DNA of 64,000 bases from Desulfatiglandales bacterium. GTDB taxonomy: Bacteria > Desulfobacterota > DSM-4660 > Desulfatiglandales > Desulfatiglandaceae. Under the pieces are notes generated by a model that worked only from the letters and a program-made list of their open reading frames with translations, did no database searches and was not told the origin of the DNA. Of the stretch, positions 28,136-38,965 are shown piece after piece (within the stretch, counting starts at the first letter, position 1; the number at the start of each line of letters is the position of its first letter). The DNA is taken from positions 2,496,001-2,560,000 of the forward strand of contig OY762721.1 of the NCBI GenBank assembly GCA_963666345.1. Direction: 5' to 3'. A program made the translations under genes and the position numbers.

Positions 28136-30163
28136 ATGCCACCATCGAATAAGCTTACCAAGACCAGAAATATCGGAATAATCGCCCATATTGACGCGGG
28201 CAAGACCACTGTTACCGAGAGGGTCCTTTATTATTCGGGAAGACTTCACAAGATGGGAGAGGTCCATAACGGCGAAGCCACTATGGACTGGATGCTCGAA
28301 GAGAAGGAAAGAGGCATTACAATAACCTCGGCGGTCACTTCCTGTGAATGGCGGGGTCATTCCATAAATATTATCGATACCCCGGGGCATGTTGATTTTA
28401 CCATTGAGGTGGAAAGGTCTCTCAGGGTCCTGGACGGGGCGGTCGGGGTATTCTGCGCGGTAGGAGGAGTAGAGCCTCAGTCTGAGACGGTTTGGCATCA
28501 GGCGGACAGGTACAGGGTCCCTAAGATTGCTTTTATAAATAAGCTGGACAGGATAGGCGCCGATTTTTTCAGGGCCACCGATATGATAAGGGAGAGGCTG
28601 GGCGCGGTTCCGCTTATACTTCAAATCCCCTGGGGAGTTGAAGACAGCTTCATGGGGGTAATCGATCTTTTAAAAATGAAGGCACTTGTATGGGAAGACG
28701 ATGCCCTTGGAGCCGAGCTGCGTGAAGAGGATATACCGGCGGATCTTCTGGATGACGCCGAAGGATATCGGGAGTCCCTGATAGAGACCCTGGCTGATAC
28801 GGATGACATGATAATGGAAAAATTCCTATCCGAGGAAGACATCGATATAGACGAGCTTAAAAAGGCGATCAGGGAGGCCACTGTCGATTTGAAACTGGTG
28901 CCGGTCTTTTGCGGCGCGGCTTTAAGGAACAGAGGAATACAGCCGCTTCTTGACGGGATAGTGGATTTTCTACCGTCGCCTCTTGATGTCCCGCCCATTT
29001 CGGGACGGGTGCCTTCGACGGAAAAAACAGACACTCGTCTTCCAGATGCAAAGGGGCCCTTTGCCGCCCTGGTATTCAAGGTAATGATGGACCAGGGCAG
29101 AAAGACCACATATTTGAGGGTCTATTCAGGTTCTATAAAGGCCGGAGCCACCGTATTCAATCCCGGAAAGGGTGCAAAGGAAAAACTGGCAAGACTCCTG
29201 AAGATGCATTCCAACAAGCGGGAACGAATAGATCACGCCTCTGCGGGTGACATAGTAGCCGCCATGGGACTCAAGATTGCCGGCACCGGAGATACTCTCT
29301 GTGCCGAGGATAATCCGATATTGCTGGAGGCGATACAGTTTACCGAACCGGTAATAAGTATTGCCGTCGAACCCAAGCGGGTCCAGGACAATGACAAGCT
29401 CATGGAGGTGCTGGGGAAGCTGTCTGATGAAGATCCTACCTTCAAATTCAGGGTGGACGAGGAGACCGGGCAGACCCTCGTCTCCGGGATGGGTGAGCTT
29501 CACCTGGAAATAGTAATGGGCAGGATCAAGAGGGAGTATTCGGTCGAGACCAATCAGGGGAGGCCTCAGGTAGTTTACCGGGAGACAATAGGTAAGACGG
29601 CGGAGCATGAAGAACTTTTTCAAAGGGAACTGGCGGGGCAGGAGCATTTCGCGGCCGTTCATTTGAAGGTGTTGCCTCAGAAAAGGGGTTCCGGAAACAG
29701 CTTTGTGAACCAATGCAGCGCGGAACTTACGGAAGAATGCCTTGAGGCAATCAGACAGGGAATAACCGAGGCCTCATCAAGCGGTGTAGTGATGGGGTAT
29801 CCCATGATAGATATCGAAACGGTCCTGACAGGGGTAAAGATAAAGGAAAATTCGGATCCCATGGCCTTTCGAATAGCAGCCATAATGGCCTATAAGAACG
29901 CGTGCAAAGAGGCCGATCCTGTTATGCTGGAACCTATAATGAAAGCGGAGGTGCTGGTGCCCGAGGAGTTTACAGGCGAGGTTATCGGGGATCTGAACAC
30001 AAGGCAGGGCAAGATAGAACAGATTTCCATAAAGGGGCCTGTTCAGGTCCTTTCCGTGAATGTTCCCCTTTCAAAGATGTTCGGTTATTCAACCTCTCTC
30101 AGGTCTCTTTCACAGGGCAGAGGGACCTTCACGATGCAGTTCAGCCACTACGACAAGGCATAA
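28136..30163 (+). CDS. fusA: Elongation factor G paralog (orphan; divergent domain IV)
   Basis: 'AHIDAGKTT', 'RGITI', 'DTPGH', 'NKLD', 'GMGELHL'; not flanked by rpsL/rpsG/tuf. Confidence 0.93.
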   Translation: MPPSNKLTKTRNIGIIAHIDAGKTTVTERVLYYSGRLHKMGEVHNGEATMDWMLEEKERGITITSAVTSCEWRGHSINIIDTPGHVDFTIEVERSLRVLDGAVGVFCAVGGVEPQSETVWHQADRYRVPKIAFINKLDRIGADFFRATDMIRERLGAVPLILQIPWGVEDSFMGVIDLLKMKALVWEDDALGAELREEDIPADLLDDAEGYRESLIETLADTDDMIMEKFLSEEDIDIDELKKAIREATVDLKLVPVFCGAALRNRGIQPLLDGIVDFLPSPLDVPPISGRVPSTEKTDTRLPDAKGPFAALVFKVMMDQGRKTTYLRVYSGSIKAGATVFNPGKGAKEKLARLLKMHSNKRERIDHASAGDIVAAMGLKIAGTGDTLCAEDNPILLEAIQFTEPVISIAVEPKRVQDNDKLMEVLGKLSDEDPTFKFRVDEETGQTLVSGMGELHLEIVMGRIKREYSVETNQGRPQVVYRETIGKTAEHEELFQRELAGQEHFAAVHLKVLPQKRGSGNSFVNQCSAELTEECLEAIRQGITEASSSGVVMGYPMIDIETVLTGVKIKENSDPMAFRIAAIMAYKNACKEADPVMLEPIMKAEVLVPEEFTGEVIGDLNTRQGKIEQISIKGPVQVLSVNVPLSKMFGYSTSLRSLSQGRGTFTMQFSHYDKA

Positions 30164-30280
30164 ACGGCAGGCCTGTTATGGATAAGCATAAAAAAAGAGA
30201 TATCCCGGCTTGATTGTCTAATCTGCGGCGATTATGAAGAAAGGGGAGGAAAAATATTTATCTGCAGAAAAACCCCGTTT

Positions 30281-30607
30281 TTAATCCTGCAAGGGTGAAA
30301 GGCTGTATTTCTTGTCAAAGGATACTGCTATCCCCTCGTCATCAATCCTGACTACCGATCCTGAAACCTTGATAAGAACCTTATCCCCCCTCAACTTTTT
30401 CAGTTCATCAAGAGGGAGCACCACGTCGACGTCGACTTCAGTGCCGATCGGAAGGGGCTTGTCCGTCCTGAAAAATGCTCCTCCGGCGCATATGTCGCTG
30501 GTCTCAAGTTCAATGGTTTCTTCGCTCCCCTGTTGTGACGAACGCGTAAGGTAGGCGGGAAGATTTAAGTCAAATCTTTCCATCGTCCTTTTATTTTCTA
30601 CGGACAT
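30281..30607 (-). CDS. Stand-alone PilZ-domain protein
   Basis: 'KRTMERF' (RxxxR) and 'DICAGG' (DxSxxG-like). Confidence 0.85.
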   Translation of the reverse strand: MSVENKRTMERFDLNLPAYLTRSSQQGSEETIELETSDICAGGAFFRTDKPLPIGTEVDVDVVLPLDELKKLRGDKVLIKVSGSVVRIDDEGIAVSFDKKYSLSPLQD

Positions 30608-30930
30608 GTCTGTTTTACCTCTTCTATTTTTTTAAAAGGCCGGGCATGAAAATGACTCTTTTTAAAGTAAGTATCGGCTTACTGCTCCTCAACCTTTAAT
30701 CTTGGAAAAGATAGCCTTTAACGAGTACATTAAAGATGCTGAATATTTCCTAGCAGCAATTACGCGACAAGTCAATCCGTATAACCTACTATTTTTTATG
30801 GTTCTCCTCTAAACAGTTTGTAGAAAAGGATTCAAAGATCCAAGGGGCCGATGGTTAGAGGGTCTATCTGTGAAACAGCAATTCTGCCTCCTTTCAGGGG
30901 TAAACGCCCGATCCTTGCTGCCGGAATCCT

Positions 30931-31713
30931 TTACTTGTTAAAAACAGGCTTACGTTTTTCGAGAAATGCGGTGACCCCCTCGCGCCCGTTCGGGTGATCC
31001 GCGCAAAGGGATAATGATTCTCTTTCCTTTTCGATCTGTGTTTCAAGGGAGGTGCTGAATGAGTCGGTGAGGAGCCTTTTAACCGCTGCAAAGGAACTGA
31101 GTGATCCGTCCGTTATCCGTTTCAGGAGCTCAAGTGCCCTGTCAAGGCAATTCCCCTCTTTTGCCACCTCTGTTACCAGACCCCATTCCAGCGCCCTTTC
31201 CGCGTCGATAGGCTGATCAAATGCCGCAATTTCAAGCGCCCTTGCGATTCCCACTATCCTTGGGAGGGTGAATGTCCCTCCACCGTCAATGCTCAGCCCG
31301 TTTGATGTGTATGCCTGTATCATTACGGCGGAAGAGTCCATCACCCTGAAATCACATGCAAGCGCCATGGAGAACCCTCCGCCTGCGGCAAATCCGTTTA
31401 TGGCTGCAAAGACCGGTTTAGGCATCCTTCTGATTTCCAGAACGGCACGGTGATAAATCGCCGCAAGCTTATGAAATGCGGAATAATAGCTGAGCCCGCT
31501 TTCCTCAAGCCATCTGAGATCTCCGCCCGCGCAAAATGCCTTGCCTTTGCCTGTTATAACGACCCCGGTAACCTCGTCGTCACTTGACACGGATGTAAGA
31601 ATGTCCGCCAATGTGCTTACCATTTCACCGCCGAACGCGTTAAATGACTGAGGCCTGTTCAATGTGAGAAGGGCTGTATGGTTTCTTTTTTCAAACAGCA
31701 CGGATTCCGTCAT
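30931..31713 (-). CDS. Enoyl-CoA hydratase/isomerase (PaaG-like)
   Basis: 'LNRP', 'AFCAGGDL', 'AAINGFAAGGGFSMALACDFR', 'IDGGGTFTLPRIVG', 'EGVTAFLEKRKP'. Confidence 0.9.
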   Translation of the reverse strand: MTESVLFEKRNHTALLTLNRPQSFNAFGGEMVSTLADILTSVSSDDEVTGVVITGKGKAFCAGGDLRWLEESGLSYYSAFHKLAAIYHRAVLEIRRMPKPVFAAINGFAAGGGFSMALACDFRVMDSSAVMIQAYTSNGLSIDGGGTFTLPRIVGIARALEIAAFDQPIDAERALEWGLVTEVAKEGNCLDRALELLKRITDGSLSSFAAVKRLLTDSFSTSLETQIEKERESLSLCADHPNGREGVTAFLEKRKPVFNK

Positions 31714-31934
31714 TGTCTTCTCTCCCTTTTTACTGTACCGTTCCAGTTTTTATTTTTATCAAGGCATCAAAGCCGGAAATTCTGAAATTTGGAGGTGCCT
31801 TATCCCTCTTGATCAGGATGCTCCATACGTAGATAATTCCGGGATCAGGGCCTGGTAATCAAGGAATTTTGATTTTTACTTCTTCAGTAATTATGTTTAC
31901 ATTTGACTATGATATGTAAATTATATATGCAACC

Positions 31935-32020
31935 TTGACGGTGTCGTTAAAAATCCGGATGTCCCTTGAATCTAATTGTCAAAATATCTGCCGGGCATTT
32001 ACTGTCAGCCTGACTTTGCG
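31935..32020. repeat. Degenerate MITE copy upstream of moaA
   Basis: aaccttgacggtgtcgttaaaaatcc resembles aaccttgacggctttgtagaaagtcc at 34507. Confidence 0.4.
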
Positions 32021-32038
32021 GATTGAAATGGAAAAGGC

Positions 32039-33040
32039 ATGAAAAAAGTATCCTCAAAACTTATAGACAAATACGGAAGAAAACTCAACTATCTGCGACT
32101 TTCAATTACCGACAGATGTAATTTCAGATGCCTGTACTGCATGCCTAGCGAGGGTATTGACAAGAAGGGCCATGTGGATGTCCTCACCTATGAGGAACTG
32201 CTGAGGATTTCTGAAATCGCGGTAAATATGGGTGTGGAGAAGATCAGACTTACCGGCGGAGAACCTTTGATAAGAAAGGGCATATATGACTTCCTTCCGC
32301 GGCTTACGGCCCTCTCCGGCCTCAAGGATGTCTCTGTTACGACCAACGGCATGTTCCTCAAGGACAATATCGAAAAGATCAGATCAGCAGGTATAAACAG
32401 GTTGAATATCAGTCTGGATTCACTGAAAAGGGAGAAATTCCGACTTATAACAGGAGAAGACGGGCTGAAGAATGTATGGGAGGGGATACTTGCCGCGGAA
32501 AAGGCCGGGTTTTCCCCGATAAAGATCAATACGGTTGTGATAAAGGGGGTAAATGAAGATGAGATACCGGATCTGGCAAGACTGTCTTTTGATCATCCCT
32601 TTCATATAAGGTTCATAGAATATATGCCTATGGACAGGGAAGACATGCGGATTCCCCTTTCCCATGTGTCAAATGCCCTCATAAAGGAGCGACTTTCCGC
32701 ACTCGGAACACTTCAAAAGGTAAAGAAGAATTCATCAGACGGTCCTGCCGAAAGATTCAGATTTGAAGGTGCCGAAGGCGAAATAGGTTTTATAAGCGCC
32801 CTTTCAAACCATTTCTGCGCCTCCTGCAACAGGTTGCGTCTTACGGCCACAGGCCACTTAAGGCCATGCCTTTTATCCGATATAGAGGTTGATATAAAAG
32901 GGCTTGTCAGGCAGGGCGCCTCCGAGGCGGAGCTTGAAGGGATATTTTTAAAGGCGGCCTCTTTGAAACCTCACGCACACAACCTTATATCTGATGGACT
33001 TCCGTGCCTTTCAGGTAAGATGTCTTCCATAGGAGGCTGA
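32039..33040 (+). CDS. moaA: GTP 3',8-cyclase MoaA
   Basis: 'YLRLSITDRCNFRCLYCMP', 'RLTGGEPL', 'FCASCNRLRLT', terminal 'MSSIGG'. Confidence 0.96.
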   Translation: MKKVSSKLIDKYGRKLNYLRLSITDRCNFRCLYCMPSEGIDKKGHVDVLTYEELLRISEIAVNMGVEKIRLTGGEPLIRKGIYDFLPRLTALSGLKDVSVTTNGMFLKDNIEKIRSAGINRLNISLDSLKREKFRLITGEDGLKNVWEGILAAEKAGFSPIKINTVVIKGVNEDEIPDLARLSFDHPFHIRFIEYMPMDREDMRIPLSHVSNALIKERLSALGTLQKVKKNSSDGPAERFRFEGAEGEIGFISALSNHFCASCNRLRLTATGHLRPCLLSDIEVDIKGLVRQGASEAELEGIFLKAASLKPHAHNLISDGLPCLSGKMSSIGG

Positions 33041-33051
33041 GCCGGCCCGGT

Positions 33052-33903
33052 TCACCCAGATTCGAGACCAAAAAACAGCGCGGCATTGGCCCCGGTGATT
33101 TTTTCCAGCGCGGCCTTTTCAAGGCCGCATGATTCCATTTCATCAAGGTACCTCTTTGGTCTTATAAGCGGAAAGTCACTTCCAAAGAGGATCTTTTCAG
33201 GGCCGATTATTTCCGCAGCCCTCAAGTATATCTCAGGGCTGTAGAGGAATGGTGAGGCGGCAGTATCCAACCACACATTTTTCATTACCTCCGGAACCTC
33301 CTTTTTCATGAGACAGTAGAAAAAGATTCCCCCTCCCCAGTGGGCAAGCACTATCCTGTTTTTGGGATAGGCCTTAACGAACCTGTAGATCTGGTAGAGT
33401 GTCATGGGGGCCTTTCCAGGGTATGAATGTCCCACCGGTTCATTCGTATGAAGCAAAAGAGGCACGTCCATACACTCGCAAAGCGACATCAGGTCTTTCA
33501 TCGAATCCAGAAAACGGGAAGAAAGCCCTGATCCGTAGACTGCGAGTTCCCCCACACCTGAAAGACCAGCCTCAAGGCACCGTTGTGCCTCAGTGGCGGG
33601 CTTTTGACAAAATGGGGAAAAGCAGGAAAGGCCTGTCAATCGATCAGGATAACGATTGACGGATTCGATTATATAGTCATTATGCCTTTTGTAATTATCC
33701 GGATCTTCCCATGGAAAACCGAATACGACCGACCGGTCGACCCCCTGCTCATCCATAGAATATATAAGCGTTTCAGCCTCAACCATCTTTGATCCGGGGG
33801 AGCCGTAAATGGATTCAAAGGCCTGTTCACCCTTAAAAAGCCTCTCCCTTTCCTTTACGCAAAAGGGAGGGAAGATGTGTGTATGGAAATCTATAATCGT
33901 CAC
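33052..33903 (-). CDS. Amidohydrolase_2-family metallohydrolase
   Basis: 'IIDFHTHIFP', 'GVGEL', 'LAHWGGG', 'LFGSDFP'. Confidence 0.85.
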   Translation of the reverse strand: MTIIDFHTHIFPPFCVKERERLFKGEQAFESIYGSPGSKMVEAETLIYSMDEQGVDRSVVFGFPWEDPDNYKRHNDYIIESVNRYPDRLTGLSCFSPFCQKPATEAQRCLEAGLSGVGELAVYGSGLSSRFLDSMKDLMSLCECMDVPLLLHTNEPVGHSYPGKAPMTLYQIYRFVKAYPKNRIVLAHWGGGIFFYCLMKKEVPEVMKNVWLDTAASPFLYSPEIYLRAAEIIGPEKILFGSDFPLIRPKRYLDEMESCGLEKAALEKITGANAALFFGLESG

Positions 33904-34412
33904 AATATCTTCTCCAGTGATTTTTCAAGCGCACCTGGATTGAATCCTTGATACTGTTCCACTATCTTTCCATCCCTGTCTATTATGAAAAGCGCCGGGA
34001 TCCCGAATTCCTTTTCCCCGAAATAGTCCTTGACGATTTCCCTGGTATATCTGAGCACGGAGTAATTAACATTCCTGTCTTTCATAAAGGACCTGAGACC
34101 TTGGTCGTTCATCCTTTCGGGATGATCCATCGATATCCCCAGTATGACCAGCCCATCCTCTCTTTTTTCCGCCTGAAGTTTTACAAGTTCTTCTATTGAC
34201 ATCCTGCAGGGGGGGCACCATGTAGCCCAGAAATCGAGTACAACCACCCTGCCCCGGTAATCACTAAGTGAAACGGTTTTTCCCGAAAGGTCTTTTATGG
34301 AAAAATCAGGGGCCTTATTACGCGCTCCGACCTCATCCTTACAGCCCATGGTAAAAAAGAAGATGGTAACAAGAAAAATGAACATGATCTTTCTGCCCGG
34401 TGAGCAATACAT
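33900..34412 (-). CDS. TlpA/ResA-family thiol-disulfide oxidoreductase (lipoprotein)
   Basis: 'DFWATWCPPC', 'GIP'; lipobox-like 'TMGC'. Confidence 0.9.
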   Translation of the reverse strand: MYCSPGRKIMFIFLVTIFFFTMGCKDEVGARNKAPDFSIKDLSGKTVSLSDYRGRVVVLDFWATWCPPCRMSIEELVKLQAEKREDGLVILGISMDHPERMNDQGLRSFMKDRNVNYSVLRYTREIVKDYFGEKEFGIPALFIIDRDGKIVEQYQGFNPGALEKSLEKIL

Positions 34413-34510
34413 ATCGACTCCTTTTGCAACTGATTAATATCAAAATAGCAGATCCACCCGGAAAGTGAATCAGATATCGGCTGCTTAGCAAAAGCCCAGC
34501 CTGTCAAACC

Positions 34511-34841
34511 TTGACGGCTTTGTAGAAAGTCCAATCCCGCGACACGCGGGATTACGCTTCATCCTCGCCCTGCTCAATTCTCGCTGCGCGAGACGGGCTA
34601 GCCGATTGAACAGGGTGAATCATTGCGACGTACTATAAGTACGTCGCATTCCTCAAGATTGTCCGAGCTTCGCTGGAGTCCCCACGCCGTTGGCGCGGGT
34701 CCCCGGTTTCTTTGCAAGGCCCTGTGGGCCCTGCTCAGTCCCACCCCTCAGCAGGCTCGGGGCGGGTTCCCGGAAGTGCAAGCCTTGCATTTGAACTTTC
34801 TACTGTGCCGTCTCAGTTTCGACTTTTTATGAATGCGCCAA
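34511..34841. mobile_element. Composite MITE-like non-coding element
   Basis: Imperfect terminal IR (15/21), second internal IR (17/21 at 34792-34812), several perfect internal palindromes. Confidence 0.7.
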
Positions 34842-34989
34842 TATCGGGTTCTCAATATGCCGACATTTTATAATAAGCATTCATAGCGAAAATTCTATTC
34901 AATTGTATCTTTTTGCCCGATATGGGTAATTATCGGATGGAGACGGAAAGTTTTATTCTTGAAACAGGGGGGCGCCTGATTTCAGGCTG

Positions 34990-37449
34990 TCAGAGCATCT
35001 GATAAGGGTCGATATCGATTACGAGATTCACGCCCATTGAGCGTAGTTGAGACCTTTTCATCGCCTCCACCTGTCCCAGAAAGACTCTCATAAGGGCCGG
35101 ATTTTTGCTTTTGACAAGTAACTGCCATCGGTATTTGCCCTTTATTTTGGATAAAGGCGCCTCAACCGGACCAAGCACCTGAATCTCTTTCCCCCTCCTG
35201 GGCCATTCGGAAAGGACCCACTTCATGTGCCTTCCGAGTTGATCGGCTGATTCGGCTGTACGGGCGCTGTCGTTTCCCTTAAGCCTCAGGCAGGCAAGAT
35301 ATGAAAAGGGGGGATATCCCAACTGGCCCCTAAGCTCTTTTTCTTCCTTGAAAAAGCCAGCATAATCATTTTCAGTAGCGGATCTTATCGCGTAATGCTC
35401 CGGATTGTAGGTCTGGATGATTACCCTGCCCCTGTCCCTGCCTCGGCCGGCCCTTCCCGCCACCTGAGATATGAGCTGGAAGGTACGTTCGGCAGCCCTG
35501 AAATCGGGAAACCCCAGGGAAAAATCCGCGTTGACGACACCCACAAGCGTAACCCCCGCGAAATCATATCCCTTGGCGATCATCTGGGTGCCTACAAGCA
35601 GGTCTATCGCGCCCTCGCCAAAGGCCTTCAGTATGTCCATCGCCACGCCCTTTTTCCTTGTGCTGTCTGTATCCATTCTGGCTATGCGGGCTTCGGGGAA
35701 TAAGACACCGAGTTCATGTTCCAGTTTCTCCGTTCCAAAGCCGAGGGCCTTAAGCTGACCCTTGCCGCAGGAGGGACACGCTGGAATTTCCCCGGCGTAA
35801 TACCCGCAATAATGGCACAGCAGTTTGTCTTCCTTCCTGTGATATGTAAGGGCAACGTCGCAATTCGGACAGCAGAGGGTCTTTCCGCAGGATCGACAGA
35901 GCATGATAGGATTAAATCCCCTGCGGTTAAGAAAGAGGATGGCCTGTTTCTTGTCATTCAGGTTTTTTTCTATCTCCTGTTTCAGCCTGGGGCTTATGAT
36001 TTCCGAGTCATGTGGGCCTTGTTCGAGGCCTTTCATGTCGACTATCTCGATATCGGGAAACGGCCTGCTTTCAACACGTTCCGGCATCTTAAGCAGTTGA
36101 TAGCGACCCGATTCGCAGTTATGAAAAGATTGAACAGAGGGGGTGCCGCCTCCAAGGACAACGACCGCCTTTTCCATTTTCGCCCTTACCACAGCCGCAT
36201 CCCTGGCCTGATATCTGGGGTTTGAATCCTGTTTATAGGAGTAATCATACTCCTCATCCACGATTATGAGCCGCAGCCTGGAAAGCGGGGCAAAAAGGGC
36301 GGAACGGGCACCTATTACAAGATCGACCTCACCCCTCACAATCCGCATCCATTGATCGTATCTCTCACCCTGACTCAGGCCGCTGTGATATATGGCGGTC
36401 CGTTTACCAAGACGTTCTCGGAACAGTCCCACCATGTAAAAGGAAAGCGATATCTCAGGCACCATTATTATGGCCTGCCCGCGCAACCTTATAACCTGCT
36501 CAACGGCCCGGAAATAGACTTCCGTCTTCCCGCTTCCTGTTACCCCGAAAAGGAGGCAGGAAGAAAAACTCCCTTTTTCAAGGCATGAGGTGAGATGGGC
36601 CACAACCTTTTCCTGTTGGCTGAAAAGCCTTTCAGGCACAGGGGGGGGCTTTATGGTCTTCCCGAACGGATCCCTGTAGACCTCGGCCCTGTATCTTGAA
36701 AGGAGCCCCTTTTTTACCCATTTTTCTACGAGATATGACCCGTTTGAAAACCTTTTTGTCAGTTCGCAGACAGGCACAGGCGAATCGGAAAGGGTCGCCT
36801 TTAAAAATTCCTTTTCCCCTGCAGCCTTTAGGACCTGCAGGTCATCTTTTATAAGCCTTTGAATTTCATTTTCGTCCGCAGCCCTCACAAAGCTTCTCAT
36901 TAAGGGCCCGGCTTCAGCCCTTTTGACCATGTCATCCACCTTGATGAGCCCGTCTTTAAGAAGTCTATTTAGCTGTTCAGATGCAAGGGGGCATCTTTTC
37001 CCCTGATTTTCCTCGACAGTTAAGAGGAGGGTTCTTTTGGGGCTGTCATGCGGTAATGATTCCAGGGCCTGCCTGCCTGTCCGCGTCAGTTTCGCGACCT
37101 TATAGGTCTTCCTTTTTAATCCCCCGGGAAGCAGGGACTGAATCAGCTTCCCCACCGGGTGCATGTAGTAATCGGACATCCATTTGAAAAAGGGAACCAT
37201 TGACTCATGGAAAAGAGGCCCCGGTTCAAGGACCTGTTCTATCTCCTTCAGCTCCACGCCCTTTTCAGGCCCTGTGGTTTCAATGATATACCCGGTTACC
37301 TTCCTGTTTTTAAAAGGGACCAGCACGGCACATCCGACCTGCGCCGTCCGGGCCAGGTTTTCCGGTACCGAATAGGAAAAACATTCCCTGACAGGCAACG
37401 ATACCGCTACTGTTACACACCGGCGGTTATGGTTTTCAGACTGGCTCAT
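34990..37449 (-). CDS. priA: Primosomal protein N' PriA
   Basis: 'GVTGSGKTEVY', 'GARSA', 'VDEE', 'FLNRRG', 8-Cys cluster, 'GTQMIAKG', 'QVAGRAGR'. Confidence 0.96.
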   Translation of the reverse strand: MSQSENHNRRCVTVAVSLPVRECFSYSVPENLARTAQVGCAVLVPFKNRKVTGYIIETTGPEKGVELKEIEQVLEPGPLFHESMVPFFKWMSDYYMHPVGKLIQSLLPGGLKRKTYKVAKLTRTGRQALESLPHDSPKRTLLLTVEENQGKRCPLASEQLNRLLKDGLIKVDDMVKRAEAGPLMRSFVRAADENEIQRLIKDDLQVLKAAGEKEFLKATLSDSPVPVCELTKRFSNGSYLVEKWVKKGLLSRYRAEVYRDPFGKTIKPPPVPERLFSQQEKVVAHLTSCLEKGSFSSCLLFGVTGSGKTEVYFRAVEQVIRLRGQAIIMVPEISLSFYMVGLFRERLGKRTAIYHSGLSQGERYDQWMRIVRGEVDLVIGARSALFAPLSRLRLIIVDEEYDYSYKQDSNPRYQARDAAVVRAKMEKAVVVLGGGTPSVQSFHNCESGRYQLLKMPERVESRPFPDIEIVDMKGLEQGPHDSEIISPRLKQEIEKNLNDKKQAILFLNRRGFNPIMLCRSCGKTLCCPNCDVALTYHRKEDKLLCHYCGYYAGEIPACPSCGKGQLKALGFGTEKLEHELGVLFPEARIARMDTDSTRKKGVAMDILKAFGEGAIDLLVGTQMIAKGYDFAGVTLVGVVNADFSLGFPDFRAAERTFQLISQVAGRAGRGRDRGRVIIQTYNPEHYAIRSATENDYAGFFKEEKELRGQLGYPPFSYLACLRLKGNDSARTAESADQLGRHMKWVLSEWPRRGKEIQVLGPVEAPLSKIKGKYRWQLLVKSKNPALMRVFLGQVEAMKRSQLRSMGVNLVIDIDPYQML

Positions 37450-38244
37450 CTATTGATATTTTTCTTCAAGGAGTTTTATTTTGTCTAAAAAGTGCCTCTC
37501 GGTGCCTTCCTCTATTTCAGGTGAAATATCCCGGGGTGGAGCATATTCCTTGAGGTCTATCTCATAAAGGGGTGATCCCACAGGCAGATTTGCCTGAAGA
37601 TCAAGCACGCGGGCCTTTTCGGTGAATGCCTCTGTCGTGGAATAGATGGTCAGGTACGGGTACCATGCCTTATCAAGCCTTCTGAACTCTTCATATCTGA
37701 CTGTTATCCAGCCCAGGGTTTCGGAAGGGGATCTATACCTGAGAAGCAGAGGCAGAAAACGCCTTTTTTCCACGAAAAGTACCGGATTCTCAGGTCCTGT
37801 TCCGCCGATCCTGTAACAGACCACACCCTGTGTCCTGTCGAGTGAAATTTTGCCTGTGTCTATGCCCAGCCCGTAAAGAAACAGCATAAGATCATGGCTT
37901 TTCTGTGATAACAGCAACTTATGTGAAATCATCTCAGCGCTTGGGCGGGTTTCAGTATCCTGAAACCGCTCAATGATCTCAGCCCTGAAAAATCCGGGTG
38001 ATTTCAGCCTGATTTCTTCCTTCAGGAGGTTCTTTATTTCAAGGGTTTTTGTGTCTTCTCTTTCCACTGACCTGGTAATTACGAGTGTCTTTATTTCAGA
38101 GAAATTTTTTGCAGCATACTCCAGGACCTGCGCCGGAGGCATGATATAGGCACAGGCCTGTGCCGGAGACAATATGAAAAAGGTCGCCGCCGTAAACAAA
38201 TGAATCAAACCGCACTTTAAAAAAGGTAGATAATTTTTCAACAT
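37450..38244 (-). CDS. Exported hypothetical protein, possible LolA-like fold
   Basis: Signal peptide; beta-rich pattern; abuts priA. Confidence 0.55.
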   Translation of the reverse strand: MLKNYLPFLKCGLIHLFTAATFFILSPAQACAYIMPPAQVLEYAAKNFSEIKTLVITRSVEREDTKTLEIKNLLKEEIRLKSPGFFRAEIIERFQDTETRPSAEMISHKLLLSQKSHDLMLFLYGLGIDTGKISLDRTQGVVCYRIGGTGPENPVLFVEKRRFLPLLLRYRSPSETLGWITVRYEEFRRLDKAWYPYLTIYSTTEAFTEKARVLDLQANLPVGSPLYEIDLKEYAPPRDISPEIEEGTERHFLDKIKLLEEKYQ

Positions 38245-38263
38245 AAATCCCTCCTAACAGCCC

Positions 38264-38965
38264 TTATTCCATCTGGCTGATCATGGCCTCCCTTACCCTG
38301 TCCATCAGAGCGTTCAGGTCCCTCTTATTATAGTCGGCAGTGCTTATCGGTTCACCAAAATGGATATGAAACGTCCCCCTGTTTATCTTAAGGCTTCCTT
38401 TGGGTACGATCCTGTAGCTGTCGCTTATGGCAATGGGAACAATTTCACAGCCTGATCTGAAGGCCAGATTGAACCCTCCTTTTTTGAACTCCTGGAGCCT
38501 TCCGTCAACGCTCCTTGTCCCCTCAGGGAAGATCAGGACCGAAGCACCATCCCTTATTTTACCGGCTGCCTCGTTCATGCTCTTTAAGGCCTTTTTGGGC
38601 TGGCTTCTTTCAATGCCTATATAGCGGGCCCTTTTAACGACAAAACCGAACAGGGGGATCCTCATAAGCTCCTGTTTCATGATAAACTTGAAGTTTACCG
38701 GCAGATGGGCGAGCAGGGCCATTATGTCGAAATAACTCTGATGATTCGACATATATATCCGGGGTCTGGACGGATCTATACGTTCAATTCCCTTTACTAT
38801 CACCTTTACGCCGCATATCCAGAGGATGATTCTGGCCCATGGAATTCCGGCGTAGCGGTGAATAATATCGCCTTTAGTGTCAAAGGGGGCCAGAAAAACA
38901 CTCCATATGCAAATAAAAATGGTGTGCAGCACGATAAAGCCGTTTAAAAGGAAAAATCTCAACAT
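38264..38965 (-). CDS. plsC: 1-acyl-sn-glycerol-3-phosphate acyltransferase
   Basis: 'NHQSYFD', 'IFPEGTRS', 'FKKG'. Confidence 0.92.
   Translation of the reverse strand: MLRFFLLNGFIVLHTIFICIWSVFLAPFDTKGDIIHRYAGIPWARIILWICGVKVIVKGIERIDPSRPRIYMSNHQSYFDIMALLAHLPVNFKFIMKQELMRIPLFGFVVKRARYIGIERSQPKKALKSMNEAAGKIRDGASVLIFPEGTRSVDGRLQEFKKGGFNLAFRSGCEIVPIAISDSYRIVPKGSLKINRGTFHIHFGEPISTADYNKRDLNALMDRVREAMISQME

Noticed and set aside
30740..30780. sigma54 promoter or c-di-GMP riboswitch upstream of the PilZ gene
   Set aside because: The -24 GG is missing and the spacing is wrong; no GEMM motif seen
31740..32038. Moco/Wco riboswitch upstream of moaA
   Set aside because: No recognisable conserved motif; sequence partly explained by a MITE remnant
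34623..34832. 69-aa ORF
   Set aside because: Lies inside the palindromic element; not protein-like
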